63,789 nt of DNA, filler included, from Octopus bimaculoides (GCF_001194135.2; 7 parts of 7 records of this genome joined end to end with filler, not necessarily neighbours in it); one strand, 5' to 3'. Numbered from the whole stretch's first letter, positions 1 to 13,195 are shown. The notes: generated by a model from the sequence alone, not told the origin. Program-made: numbers and translations.

Positions 1-285
1 CCGCCTCCTGTATCCTCCTTATCAGTTTTCTCAGTTCCGAGTTTGAAAACGCAAATCTTCTCTTGAATAGCGTTGTCATTTTTCTTTCAATGAAGCCTCT
101 AGCCCCCACTGCCAGATGGTAGTACTCGACAGTCCATCCCTGTTCTCTGCACTCTTCGATTAGTTTTTCATATCTCTTCTCCTTTCGTTTCTCTGCATTG
201 TCGATGTTTTCTTCCCATGGTACTGTCAGTTCTAGCAAGATTCCTATTCTCTGTTCTGTGTCCCATATGACTAAGTCTGGTCTTT
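1..285 (-). mobile_element. Non-LTR retrotransposon fragment, REL endonuclease domain, Hero-like
   Basis: Manual minus-strand translation gives KRPDLVIWDTEQRIGILLELTVPWEENIDNAEKRKEKRYEKLIEECREQGWTVEYYHLAVGARGF, the PD..ELTVPWE..K..Y..GW..VG.RGF pattern of Hero-type REL domains. Its 5' truncation abuts an (ATT)n tract at ~295-318. Confidence 0.75.
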
Positions 286-649
286 TTGTTGTTTTTATTA
301 TTATTATTATTATTATTATGTTGAAAAGGGGAGATCAAGCCTTGAAGCAAAGAAGCTTTGTTCAGTGTTAGAGGATGAGAATTACGCGTGACTGTGGTTG
401 TGGAAAGATGTAACTGAAGAAAGAGACGAAGGGAAGGAATTTGGTGGCGCAGGAAAAGGTGCTAAAGAGACAAAATGAATGAAGAGGATGGTAGATGAGC
501 AGGCGGGACTATATATGTGACACAGACTGTGTTAGCATGTCCACAGCTCAGAATACAAGAGGCATTCCAGAAGTTTTGAAACTTTTTCAAGAAAGATATT
601 TATCAACTTCAAAGAAGTACAAAACCCTGATCCCCTTCAAAGTAGGACC

Positions 650-1317
650 CTCTCACTTTGTTATTGTGCTCCAGCTACTTCGTGATGGCCCCATGCAGGT
701 TTTCCAAAGTGGTGTCCAGGAAGAATAGGAGAAATGGAAGCACGACCAGGTCGTAAAAGTTATACACCGGAAACTGTGCCAGAAACGGGAATTTGAAGCT
801 GGAAACACATGTTACAATCATCGAGTCGAAAGAGTCCTGGAGTCGGAGATATGCAAGATTTTGTGGGACTTTCTTATTCAAACGGACAAGAAGTTAGAAA
901 ATAATAGACCAGACATAACAAATATAGATAAGGAAAAGCAAAGTTACTTACTTATCGACCCATCATGACCGTTTTTGATTGCAGGATTGTAAAGAAAGAA
1001 GGAAAATAAAGAAAATATAATCCCTTAAAATTTGAAATAGGAAGAATTTGGAGCATGAGAACTGTAAAGGTGGTGCCTATAATAATTGTGGATTTGGGAA
1101 GAGTAAGTAAAGATCTAGACAAATGGCTGAGGGAGATTGAGATAGAATGCCCGGTAGAGGTCCTACGGAAAGTTTGTCTCTGAGGGACAGCAAAGATTAT
1201 CAGGAGGGTTCTAAGCACTTGGAAGACTGTGGATCCCTAAGGCTAGAGGTAGTCACCCGCTACCCATATAAATCCTACCAGGAACAAGATCGAACCCGAG
1301 CCAAGCCCAAATAATAA
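650..1317 (+). mobile_element. Dong/R4-like LINE 3' fragment (REL endonuclease), decayed
   Basis: Translates to HDQVVKVIHRKLCQK..CKILWDFLIQTDKKLENNRPDI..VKVVPIII..GTAKIIRRVLS with stops and frameshifts; ends near a short AATAATAA. Confidence 0.85.
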
Positions 1318-1496
1318 GAGGACACAGGCTGTAGGGCAGGAAGTTTGCTTCCCAACCGCAGGGTTCCGGGTTCAGTCTCACTGCGTGAAACCTTGGGCAA
1401 GTGTCTTCTACTATAGCCTCTTCTTGCCGACCAAAGCCTTTCGTACATGAAAACTGAAAGGAACTCGTCGTGTGTGTCGTTGACTGGACACTATTC

Positions 1497-1665
1497 AATT
1501 TTTTTTCTCCGTGTTTTTCTCCTTGTCTCCGTATTCTTTCTGTTGAAGAGCGTAGCTCGAAACGTCAAAGACTTTCCGTATTCCCGAGCGTCATACTAAT
1601 ACATCCTTTTGTTATTTACACCACCTGTCCTCGTCTGTTGTTGTTTTTTCGTATATTCTCCCATA
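1497..1665 (+). mobile_element. Short non-coding HHR-containing repeat (family A), copy 1
   Basis: Near-identical to 32735-32910 (+) and 35808-35953 (-); ends in (AT)n. Confidence 0.85.
1535..1571 (+). ncRNA. Minimal type I hammerhead ribozyme motif (core variant CUGUUGA)
   Basis: TCTTT-CTGTTGA-A-GAGC-GTA-GCTC-GAAA-CGTC-AAAGA: 5-bp stem I, 4-bp stem II, palindromic ACGU in place of stem III, GUC cleavage triplet. Confidence 0.65.
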
Positions 1666-3093
1666 TATATATATATGTATATGTATATGTATATATGTAT
1701 ATCTGTGTGTGTGTATGTATTTGTGTGCATGTTTGTTCCTCAACACCGTTTGACAACCGGTGTTGGTGTATTTACGTCCCCGTAACCTGGTGGTTTAGCA
1801 ACATAGAATGACAGAGTATCAGGCTAAAAAAAAAGGACTGGTGTCGATTCGTTCGACTAAAATTCTTGAAGGCAATGCTCCAGCATGGCCGCAGTTTGAT
1901 GACGGAAACCAGTAAAAGAAGAAAAAAAGAAATAATGATGATGTTGATGATGATGATGATGGTGATGGTGATGATGGTGATGATGATGGTAACAACAACA
2001 ACAACAATAAAATATATAAAATGAGAAATGTTTGAGAATAGCAAAGAATGGTTCCATGATGAGAAAAAGTGAACGAAATCAATTGACTTTTCATTGATTT
2101 TTACACTTTTCTTGTTTTTAACTAAATTTCAATTCGTTTATATTTTTGTGTTTATTGTTTCGCAGTATTGGTGGTTTGTGTGTTGGTCTGTGTTCGTGTT
2201 GGTATGTTTGTGTGTTTGTGTGTTTGTTGTAATAGTGAGGTCAGTGGAGTGCGGTGAAAGAGCAAGGTTATTTCGAAACTAATGGAGTCGAATCACGCAT
2301 GCTTCCTGGCCGTAATCGGCCAACAACAAACAGGGCCAATTCCACATCAAGAAATTGTGAAAGAAAATGTCTTTCTTTAAACCCTGTCATTTAGTTGAAG
2401 AGAGAAACAAGATGAAAAGCTATTTCAGGTTTGTTGTTTGATTTTTCTCGCTCGGCAGCAATGGCGTGTTCAGCTCGCAAGTGACACGCCTTCGAACCCT
2501 ACAATTACACGGAAACGAAGAAGCAGACTGCCGTAAGTGTCTCGCTGTGTCTCGGTGCAATAGACCTGCGATGCCAGATGATGTCATAGTGTGTAGCCAG
2601 GTGTTAGGGTTACATGTTTAGCTGAGAGACAAGGTACACTTGACCTTTAAGGTCATTAGTTTTAGTCTAACGAGATATATAAACCAACGGAGTGAGGAAC
2701 AGACGACCAACAAAGAAAGACAAAATGGGATGAAAAAACAAACAAAAAAACGAAACAAAATATCTAAAATAAAGAAAAAAAGACTTTAAAGTATAAAAAT
2801 ACATTTGTTAAAGAAATATTCCACTGAGTGGAGAAAATGATTTTCTGAACTTCAAGTAATATATCGTCCTCCAAGGGTAACAAGTGTCACGGTCTACTTT
2901 CAGCTCCGTTTATATCATTACACTTGACATATTCTCGTCACTGGAGACATTTGATAATTTAAAATTATTCAGAAAATCCACCTTAAGTTGACAACAACAA
3001 CAACAACAAAAACAACGGACTATCGTTTATTTAGACAATACATAATGGATGTGTTGCGCTGCTGTTAATTAACAACCACAATTAGATTATTGA

Positions 3094-3225
3094 TTACTTC
3101 CGGTGATAAACAAGCGTGTTGGTCTTTTTTTTTTATATTATAAAATCAGATGTAACTGGGACAGATTATTACTTCCGGTAATAAGCTGTTGACCAACTGG
3201 GTTACGTTATTACTTCCGGTAATAA
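3094..3225. repeat. Three spaced copies of TTACTTCCGGT(A/G)ATAA (ETS-like core)
   Basis: Copies start at 3094, 3169 and 3210; function not established. Confidence 0.5.
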
Positions 3226-5867
3226 ATTCCGGTTGGTCATTTTAAAAAGAGTTAACTACAATAGATTTTAGAACGTTCAATTTTTCAATATTTCTTTTCA
3301 GTTGAAGGTCATTAGCGTGGCAAAGACGGTAGCCAACAGTTAGTGTCTCATTTCGAGTTCGCATCTCACCAGCACTGGCTTTCCTTTTTATCTTTGCAGT
3401 ATCAATAAATAAAAAACCAGCCATAAACTAAGAATCGTCTTCCCCTTCCCCCTATAATTTAACCCATTTTGTGCCATTTCGTGCTATTCAATAACAACTC
3501 AATGAACAGCTATTTCAATTGATAGAGTAAATGAATCATTGTCGCAGAACGACGGAGAACCCCGATAGATGTGTTTTTGTGTATGTATGTGTGCGTGTGT
3601 GCGCGCGGGTAAGTTTTTGTTTCCGCTGGTATTGTATATGTGTTAGGCTCCTTAAAGTCCCATAACTTAGCATTTCGATAAAAAGATGTCGATAAAATAG
3701 ATCCCAAGTTAAGAAAAGAAATATTGCGGTCTATTCGTTTGATTCAAAAATCTCGAAGATGGTGCCCCAGTATGGCCGTAGTAATCTAACAGCCGGAATC
3801 AGCAAATCTAAGCAAAATCTCCTGAGAAAATTGCTCGAGGTTTTTTTGCACTCAAATTTAAATTAGAAAATTTTTTATTCTAAAATAAAGCGTTTCATTT
3901 TTTGTCCCAAAATATTTTCAAAATTTGTAGAAAATGTAATATCTGCCATGTTGTACATAATGTTGATATCCTACATGTTTATAAATAATGTTGGCTTCAT
4001 GTTAATGCATAATGTTTGTTCTCATAATATCTTCCGCCTTTATACAAAATAATGTTCCTCCTGTAATCTGTTCCGTACTTACACCTAATGCTGTTCCTTA
4101 GCGAAATCCTCGAGTAGCTTGTAAAAAAACCGAAACTAATCAAACGGGAAAAACTTTGAGAAGGTTCGAATTTCTGCGATAGATTTTGTTTACATCACAT
4201 TATTATTGAGTTGATCTAAACAAATGCGATTGTAGTTAGACATTAGCACGATTTTCATACCTATAAAAAGACATTTAAAATTTATTTGAATATAAATTAT
4301 CTTTTTAATCACAGTTTTTGTCTCTTCTTGCCAAAACCACTGACAGTTATTCTCATTTTTCTTATTAGCCATTTTCCACTTCATAATTTCAATAATGTAA
4401 CATATTTTTCTGTAGGAGTCGCAAATTTATTAGCTTCGCCGAGATTAGTGTTGCCATCTATTAAACTATTGTCTGGAACATATATTTAATGGTATTCTAT
4501 AATTCCTCTTTCCTGTGGCATTATATATGATGTGGAATGATTGGAAAGTTTGTGCTATTAAGAAGATGCAGCAGCAGCAGCAGCCGTAGTAGTAGTAGTA
4601 GCAGCAGAGATGATAGGAGAGACAGGAATTGGAAAGTTCTATGACGGAACCAAACTCAGGAAATGGAGACGGAGAAAATTAATCTGGACTTAGATGATGA
4701 GAAGTGCAAAAGTTGGTGACAGAAGTGACAAGACAAATGGTCGACTTGTAATATGTTATGAGAGGCAAGAATTGGTAAATGATGAACGATATGCTGGAAC
4801 ACTTAATTTTCAACAGTCACTAGACATGATAAAGAACTACACCATGTTGGCCACCATCTTTCATACCTCTTTATTCTAACCTATCTGATCCTCCCACCAC
4901 ACTCCCATCGTTTAGTCTTCCTTTTTTTCTTCAATTCACATGTTTTTAATGAAACTCAAGAAATGAAGACCAAATTTCAAATATGATCTGCCAGGACCAT
5001 TCCTGGGGATTGAACTTGGTTTGATTTAGAGCTATTTTATGGGATTGAGCGCTGGAACTAGGCAGAAACAGGAATGAAATTATGGAACTAAATCACTGAT
5101 ACAAATAACGGAGACTGAATTATAAACTAAAAAATTACTTTAAATTGTAACAAATTATCTTTTGAGTGTCTATTTTAGTCTCTGTATTCTATTAGTTGCA
5201 ATAGCGAAAATGAGAATTCGCTCACTTTTAAGACGCAAGGTTTATCAATTTTGACATTTTAGATTCCCGCTTAGTTTTGCATTTTGTTTATGCGCGTGCG
5301 TACATGATTTGTGTGCGTGCGTGCGTGTACGCATGTGTGTGTGTGTAGAATGTAACTGTTACTAAAACAAATGGTTTCGCTGTCAGAATTAATTTGTTCA
5401 TGAAAAAGTTACGAACAAATGAAACGAACTCATTTTTTGTGTCGTGTTTTTATAATTTCTCTGTAGGTGTCGCTTCTCGTATAACTTCCAATTAACACTC
5501 TAGCTAATCATGTTTGTCACCATGCTTGTTTATGTGTGCTTACACCCATGCATGCAATTAACTGTATTTTCGGGCATCTAAAGCTATTTGTCACAAACCC
5601 AGCCTTAAATGAATAATAGGCTTTCAATAGATGCGGCTGAACTTGCCTAATGATCCTTCAAGTAGTCATCAATTTGTGCTTTGTGCTTATTTGCAACTGC
5701 TGTCAAGTGGCGAATTGTTGAGATTAATTTCTTTTGCCGAGAGATGTGAACAAAATCAGAGATTTCAAACATCACCGACACATGCTGCTTACACGTCTGA
5801 TACGTACAAGGCATAGAATGCTATCATGCTACAATGGTATAATCCATACATATGTACATGCATACAA

Positions 5868-5900
<33 letters not shown>

Positions 5901-6904
5901 CATGAATTTGTTACGATTTTTGTAAAGTAAGATTGCAAAAACGGTATCAAATTTCTCATAAATGTAATCAGGAAATCATTATTTTTCTTATTCTATTATT
6001 TTCCTCCTCAAAGAATAAAAATTGAATACAAATTTCTTTATAATCTTTTCTTCACGACAATCGCAGTTTATGGCAACGACAGTAGGGAACAAATAAAACG
6101 TCAGGTACCGAGCAGCAAGTCTTGTTGGCACTGAGCCTCCAGGTGGTCTCTCCACCGACCAGAAATAACAGCCAAATCTCCCTCAAATATTGTTAGGTGG
6201 GTGGGTGACTACGCAAGTCTAACTGTTGCTGTTGTCTTCAGTCCGTAGAGTGGCACCAATTGCAATGGAGTAATTGGTTGGTTTTTGTTAATCATTGACC
6301 ACTGTGATGGATGGTGTTGAGGTATTTGCGAGAGGCACATATAAAAGAGTGAATATCTTGAGTGGAGGAAATGACTAGAAGCATCCATCAATGGGTTACG
6401 AGATTCATTGAGATGAACAGGGGCGGGATTATGTCGTTTATGTCTTTCCGTAAAAACTAACTGACATAAGGGAGTAAGATTAAAGAAGTATGTCCAGAGT
6501 GTCAATCACAAATCTTATTTTATGGATGAACTGCAAAGAAATAAATTAGGGATGGGTTGAAGAGTTTTTTTTTCCACAGGATCGAATTTTAGAACCGGAC
6601 TGAGTTCAAAAGTAAAATAACGAGTCATAGCTACGAAACGCAGAGGCCGACTTATTTATTATGACAAAATTACAAGTAATAAACTACAACAAACTGTAAT
6701 AAACTGTATTAAATTGTTTTAAACAGTAATAAAATAAACTGAAGTGTATTAAATTCTAGGAAGTTGAAACATTGTACTGAAGTATAACAAACGGTCGGCG
6801 ATAAACTACTAAACTAAAAAAAGTCGGAGAAATTCACTAAATCATTGATACAAATAACGGAGACTGAATTATGAGCTCAAATAGTTCGAAACCAGACGGT
6901 CCGG

Positions 6905-7100
6905 TGGTCCCGCTAGAAGACGGTGAGGTTTCGCTTCCCTGCTTGCAATATATACATATCGGGTGCAAATTGCATCGATAACCAGCTGGAGAGGTTAGCA
7001 TCACCGGTTTCTAAGGAACAGCCATGTTGAAGTCGCGATAAACATTACTCGTCAGTATAGTTACTATTTTCATCTCTTCCAGAGATTTTCTAACAACTTT
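6905..7100 (+). mobile_element. Diverged SINE-like repeat related to 32108-32363
   Basis: Shares cgctagaaga..ccctgc..gcaa..atcgg..tgcatcg..aaccagc..gagagg..agcat with the 32.1 kb copy. Confidence 0.55.
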
Positions 7101-7309
7101 GTTTCTTCAAATTCAACATTTGTTAAACAAATAATGTCTTTGGTAACGACTCCAGTTTCAACACAGACAGACACTTGCCGGGAAAATTCCATGGTTTAAT
7201 ATGACGTCATCTCGGAAGAATCTACTATTGACGGCTAACTGTTACGGCCAGGTTGGAGTATGTAGATGGTCATTATATATATATATGTATACATATATAC
7301 ATTCACACA

Positions 7310-7430
7310 TACATGATTCTGGGTTCAGTCTCCCTGCGTGGAACCTTGAGCAAATGTCTTGTACTATAGCGCCGGGTCGACCAAAGCCCAGTGAGTGGAT
7401 CTGGTAGAGAGAAACGGAAAGAAACCTGTT
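7310..7430 (+). mobile_element. SINE family 1, 5' half
   Basis: gggttcagtc..ccttgagcaaatgtcttgtactatagc..gaccaaagcc..gtgagtggat. Confidence 0.75.
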
Positions 7431-7445
7431 ATATCTATCTATCTG

Positions 7446-7508
<63 letters not shown>

Positions 7509-7578
7509 GTCTATCTATCTGTCTATCTGNNNNNNNNNNCTATCTGTCTATCTACCTATCTATCTATCTATCTATCTA

Positions 7579-7626
<48 letters not shown>

Positions 7627-7650
7627 CATATATAAATACATGTGTGTGTA
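7431..7650. repeat. (ATCT)n then (AT)n/(GT)n compound microsatellite
   Basis: Directly visible; contains a 10-N gap. Confidence 0.95.
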
Positions 7651-8396
7651 TGGTCTCTAAGGTATTTATCCTTCTTCAAAACGTCAAGAATCTATTGTAC
7701 GAGAAATGACGCCTCTCACGGAGGAGCAGCTCAGCCGTAATTAGCTGCACGCATTGAACCGATACAAGCAAATATTGGAAGCCACCATCAAAAGGGCTGT
7801 TATTTTGTTTCAAAGTCGCTGTTCGTGGATTAGTAGCGCACGCGCGCCTATTGTTTTTTTTTTTGAAACAATACAATATTGGAAGGTCTTTAATCAGTTG
7901 CTGGAAGCGATTTTAAATTCGGCAGCAGCCATGTTGACAGCGCTTGGTGTTGCAAGAGGCGAGCTGCCATCTCTCTCTCTTTGTTTCTCTTTCTCTCTCT
8001 CCTCTCTCTGTTTACACAAGGTTAGTTGTTTGTTGTAAGAAGCAGAAAAATTAAATAAACATGAAATAAAAGAAAGATTGAAATCAAACACCGAAAAAAA
8101 AAAGAAAACAGAAATACGAAAAGAAAGAAAGGAAAAAGAAAAATGGAGAATAAAAAAAAACTGTTGNNNNNNNNNNNNNNNNNNNNNNNNNNNNNNNNNN
8201 NNNNNNNNNNNNNNNNNNNNNNNNNNNNNNNNNNNNNNNNNNNNNNNNNNNNNNNNNNNNNNNNNNNNNNNNNNNNNNNNNNNNNNNNNNNNNNNNNNNN
8301 NNNNNNNNNNNNNNNNNNNNNNNNNNNNNNNNNNNNNNNNNNNNNNNNNNNNNNNNNNNNNNNNNNNNNNNNNNNNNNNNNNNNNNNNNNNNNNNN

Positions 8397-8507
<111 letters not shown>

Positions 8508-8694
8508 TGCGAGAGAGAGAGGAGAGAGAAAGAGGGAGAGAGAGAAAAGATATGCAATGAAGGTGATCCAAAATAAAATAGAAACAAGGGAAAAAATACC
8601 CAAAATAAGAATGAAATTAGTGAGAAAGTGAAAATTTAAGTGGCAACGAGAATGTTTTGGCTAAAGTTGGTTGAGGAAGGTGAAGAAGAAGAAG

Positions 8695-8725
<31 letters not shown>

Positions 8726-9272
8726 GGTAGTAGTATTTATGTCGTTATGGCTGAAGGCTGATCAATTATTCTATTTATTTTATAGAGTGATTCTAATTAA
8801 GGAAAGGATGCAGACCAAATAAATCATCAATAGTAATCCAGTTCGATAAAATCTTTGCTCCAATCCCGTTTCTGCTTGTAACCAGGCTCTTCCAGCATCC
8901 TTCCTCTCCTCCCTCTACACTCTCCACTGAGCACCCCCCCCCTTATTATTCGAAACTTACTCTCTTTCCCTCCTTTGTTACTCTCTATTAACTCTCCTTC
9001 CTCCTCATCCCTCCCTCCTGATTCTCCTCTCCCTTCCTCATTCCTTTCTACACATTCTCTTGTCTCCGTCTTTTCTAATCTCTTCGTCATTTCTGTTTAT
9101 TAATGTTTTTATGGAAACCTTTCGGCGCCATATTTATACAATAACATTTTCTCCGGCAATAGCTTGTCACTCTTTAGCAAAATTGAAAATAAAAGAATTT
9201 CCTCTGAATCTTTTGGTTGATATTGTAGTGAGATTCGGAGGAGTGAATGCTGTGGTAGACAACACTTGATTG

Positions 9273-9442
<170 letters not shown>

Positions 9443-11468
9443 TCATTGTTGTTATCGGCGTCGGCGTCGTCAACAACCACAACAATGACAGAACGAAAAC
9501 CTACTTCAAAAGTTGAATGAAAATCAAAAGATTTTGCCTGTCGTTTGCTGTGTCACTACAGTTTAAGAGTCGGTTTGCTAAAAGTCGTCTACTTCTGAAT
9601 GTGTTTTAACGTCAGCATTAGATCCAAGATGGCGAGTTTTGCAGAATAATTAGAAAATGGCAAGATGTGGTGGCAATAATGCGTGAATATAAAATTGATA
9701 CATTGAAAGCAATAGCGTCTATACTAGAAATGGTGACAATGTTGACAACGGAAGTGACAATAACGGAAATAGAAGAAGAGGAGGAAATATAGACAGTTAT
9801 AGTATCAGTCTGGGATTGGTCGTGACAAAAATGGTCAAACAATGCAATTATTTTCCATATGATCTCTATATTCTAAAGGTTAGGAGTATTAAAAAAAAAG
9901 GCATCGTAAAAATCAATGATAATAAATCATATTTTGGAGGGAAAACATTATGAGAAATGAAACTGTCTCTATGTTAAACTTTGTAATTAATTTTGTCGAT
10001 GCTTAGTTTAATTTTCAAATCATCACCCTGTGGAAAGTTGGAAATGCAGAAGGACAAGAATGGCTTTCGAAGGAAAGAATGACAAATAGACAAGAGTACT
10101 ATTATGAAGAATAATATAATAGATAGACGCAGGAAATATTATTGGAAAACAGTAAATAAAAAATGAAAAAAAAAAATGATATGAATAAATAAATGCTCGA
10201 TGGACAAGTATAAATTTACAAAAATGCGGTAGTGCACCATTAAACAGGATGCATAATGCTATATATTTGCCAATATCTATTTTGACATTGACCTAGCCCG
10301 CCATTTCAGTGGTTGAATCTGATACGGTATAGAACTGAAAGACGTTGCTTTATTATTTAGCTCAATTGTCCTTGAATGATGAGTGAATTAGAGATAAATG
10401 AATGACAGGCGGCAGATTAGAGACGCCATATTGTTTATTTGCTGCTATGTGGCGCGAGCTGTAAAAGCTGTAAATAGACATTAATAACTTCGATAAGGCT
10501 GTTTTGTATGTCTTGTGCAGGGATAAAAATAAGGCCAAACAAGGGTTGATGCTGCGGACTTCATAAAGTCTTAGAGACAGAAACATTTACAGTTTAATCT
10601 CAGAGGGGAAAAATTGCGAGCAACAACTACATCGCTCAAACTGATTCCCTCAAATTATTATCAACGAGTCGATGACAAAACCTCTATGTGATCGTTGCAT
10701 CTGCTAGAAGTAACAGCCAAATGTGTTAGTTAATTTGGTTTTTAAAGTGTAACTCGGGGATGAGTGGAGAGCAAATACAAGTGGGAGTTAATAGATGAGT
10801 GATGGAGAGTAGAGGAGGGGTGGAGTGCAAAGGAAGAGTAAAGGTACATGACGAAGAGTGGAGTGAAGATGATAAGGAGTGGCGGGTCTATGAAGAGTGA
10901 CTGAGCATAGCTATGGTGAAAGGTATTCCATCCGAAACCATTCCGTCTAGAGATAAGATATCCACTGGTCCCTTCATTTTATTTTGATATTAAAGTGTGA
11001 TTTGAGAAAAGTATGGCTGCTATATCTAGCATGTCAAGCGGTCATGTAGATTCCTGTAATAAGGCAATTACAACATAATGTATACATACATACACACACA
11101 CACACACATGCACACACACATGCATGTATGTTTGTAGGTATTAATGTATATATATTTATATATATACATATATGTATGTGTGTGCGAATGTGTGTGTGTG
11201 TATGTGTGTATATATATATACATATATATATATGTGTGTGTATACATACACACACACAATACACACACATATATTTCTACGTAAAGAGTTAGATAAATAG
11301 AATTAGTTTTCGTTACGTTTGACTTTCCTTGCAATAAAATCAAAGCAGATTCTGTCTTTTAATGGATCCATCCAATATGTGGAATGTCTGGTTTAGTTTA
11401 TGGACAAAGTAGTATCCGTATATAGTGTTAGTAGTATTAGTCTTAGAAGTAGTAGTAGTAGTAGCAGC

Positions 11469-11563
<95 letters not shown>

Positions 11564-12711
11564 AAGTAAGAAAGTCTGGGAGGACCAATTAATGGGAAAT
11601 TATTTCAGTTAACCTAGATTGTGTTTCATTATGTGAAAAGAGAGTCTGTGTAAAATAAATAATGGAATTGTTGTATGAACGTCAACAAAAGGAGACAAAA
11701 GGCCTTGAGTGGGTCGCGATTTATATTAAACAAGTTGATTGATATTGCTAGAACCTAGTAAATGTGTTGTATTAGTCCTCTTGAAAAAGTAATAAATCGC
11801 AATGAAGAGAAGATATCTTAAAGACTAAACTTGTTCAGGAGAAAAATTCAAGCTAAGGAGGTAATAAAAGCCGAGATTCGTATATTCTATTGCTTTTTGT
11901 CTGAGTAAAAAAGTGCAGAAATAGAGCAGCAGGTAAGAATATGTTAATAAGTAGATTGCAAAATGTATATAATTTGTATAAATGTAAGAGAAGAGAGTCT
12001 GGCTACCAAGATGTACCAAAACAATTTATACCTCCTTTAAAAATCATTAAAATACATGAGAAAGATGATAAATATAGAGAAAGGTATATAACAACAAGAA
12101 AACTAAGAGACATAAGTCAGAAGATTCGTATGGAAAGTGTGGAGTTGAAAAGGAAAAACGCAAAATAGAAAGATGAAAGAATGAAAGGAGAAAGGTGAAT
12201 ATCAATAAAAACGACACTGTTTATATATTCCTTAGCAATTTGGTCAAAGAATTATATGAGTATTAATGCAAGAAGTGAGTTATCGAATTAGTATCTGTCT
12301 GCTCGTAAAATTGTCTCCAAACCTTTGTACAGTAGATAAGGCGTGTCTCAGAGCAGTTATATAGATATATATATTTTTTCTGATGACATATCGATCGAAA
12401 TTGTTACTAATGTTCTTCTACGTTCATTGAACCTTCATCTGAAGACAACCTGTCATTTAGAAAGGCCGCCATCACGATTCCTCTTTCATAAGTTGTCGGT
12501 CATAGATTCCAATGATTTGTCAATATTGGCGAAATTTGCTTTCAGAATCATTGAAAACGAATGTGTTTTATAGTAAATCTGATAATCTAAAGACATTTTC
12601 TGACAATCCTCCGCCATAAAAAGTAATTTTTGTTGGATAATTATCGAAAAGTAATAATAACTAACATACAATATATAAGACAAATTGACAATATCCATAA
12701 AAGCTACTAAT

Positions 12712-12712
12712 C

Positions 12713-12792
<80 letters not shown>

Positions 12793-12890
12793 CTTCTTCT
12801 TCTTCTTCTTCTTCTTCTTCTTCTTCTTCTTCTTCTTCTTCTTCTTCTTCTTCTTCTTCTTCTTCTTCTTCTTCCTCCTCCTCCTCTTCC
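12712..12890. repeat. (GTT)n-(CTT)n-(CCT)n compound microsatellite
   Basis: Directly visible. Confidence 0.95.
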
Positions 12891-13104
12891 TTTTCACTCC
12901 ATTGGCGCCTTATTGAATATTTTTAACACCTGTAATTGTTAGCTTCACTGACCCCCTCTAATAAATATTTAAATAATAATTAAAGCACTAAGTTTCCTTA
13001 TTAATTAATACACGTTTGTGTCTTGTGTCTCTAATGGAATTGGTGCCAAAATGGAAAGTTGTACAGGAGAATGTAGATAAACATATACACACAAACACAT
13101 ATCT

Positions 13105-13195
13105 ATACATACGCAACACTTGCCCAAGGTGCCACGTAGTGGGACTGAACCCGGAACCGTGCGGGTGGGAAGCAAGCTTCTTATGACAACCACAA
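13105..13195 (-). mobile_element. SINE family 1, 5' fragment
   Basis: acacttgcccaaggtgccacgtagtgggactgaacccggaacc is the reverse complement of the family 1 head. Confidence 0.8.

Larger units (their letters stand above)
1321..1930 (+). mobile_element. tRNA-derived cephalopod SINE (family 1), interrupted by the HHR-containing element
   Basis: 5' half (gggttccgggttcagt..ccttgggcaagtgtcttctactatagcc) at ~1321-1478 and 3' half (tgacaaccggtgttggtgtatttacgtccccgtaac..ccagcatggccgcag) at ~1700-1930 both match the copy at 63017-63414. Confidence 0.8.

Noticed and set aside
3280-3420. Possible host exon after tttcttttcag
   Set aside because: No convincing reading frame, donor site or domain similarity.
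12380-12400. CTGATGA..GAAA hammerhead candidate (also 13496-13509, 19330-19367, 55798-55821)
   Set aside because: No properly closed stem II and/or no stem I partner or NUH site; compatible with chance or heavy decay.
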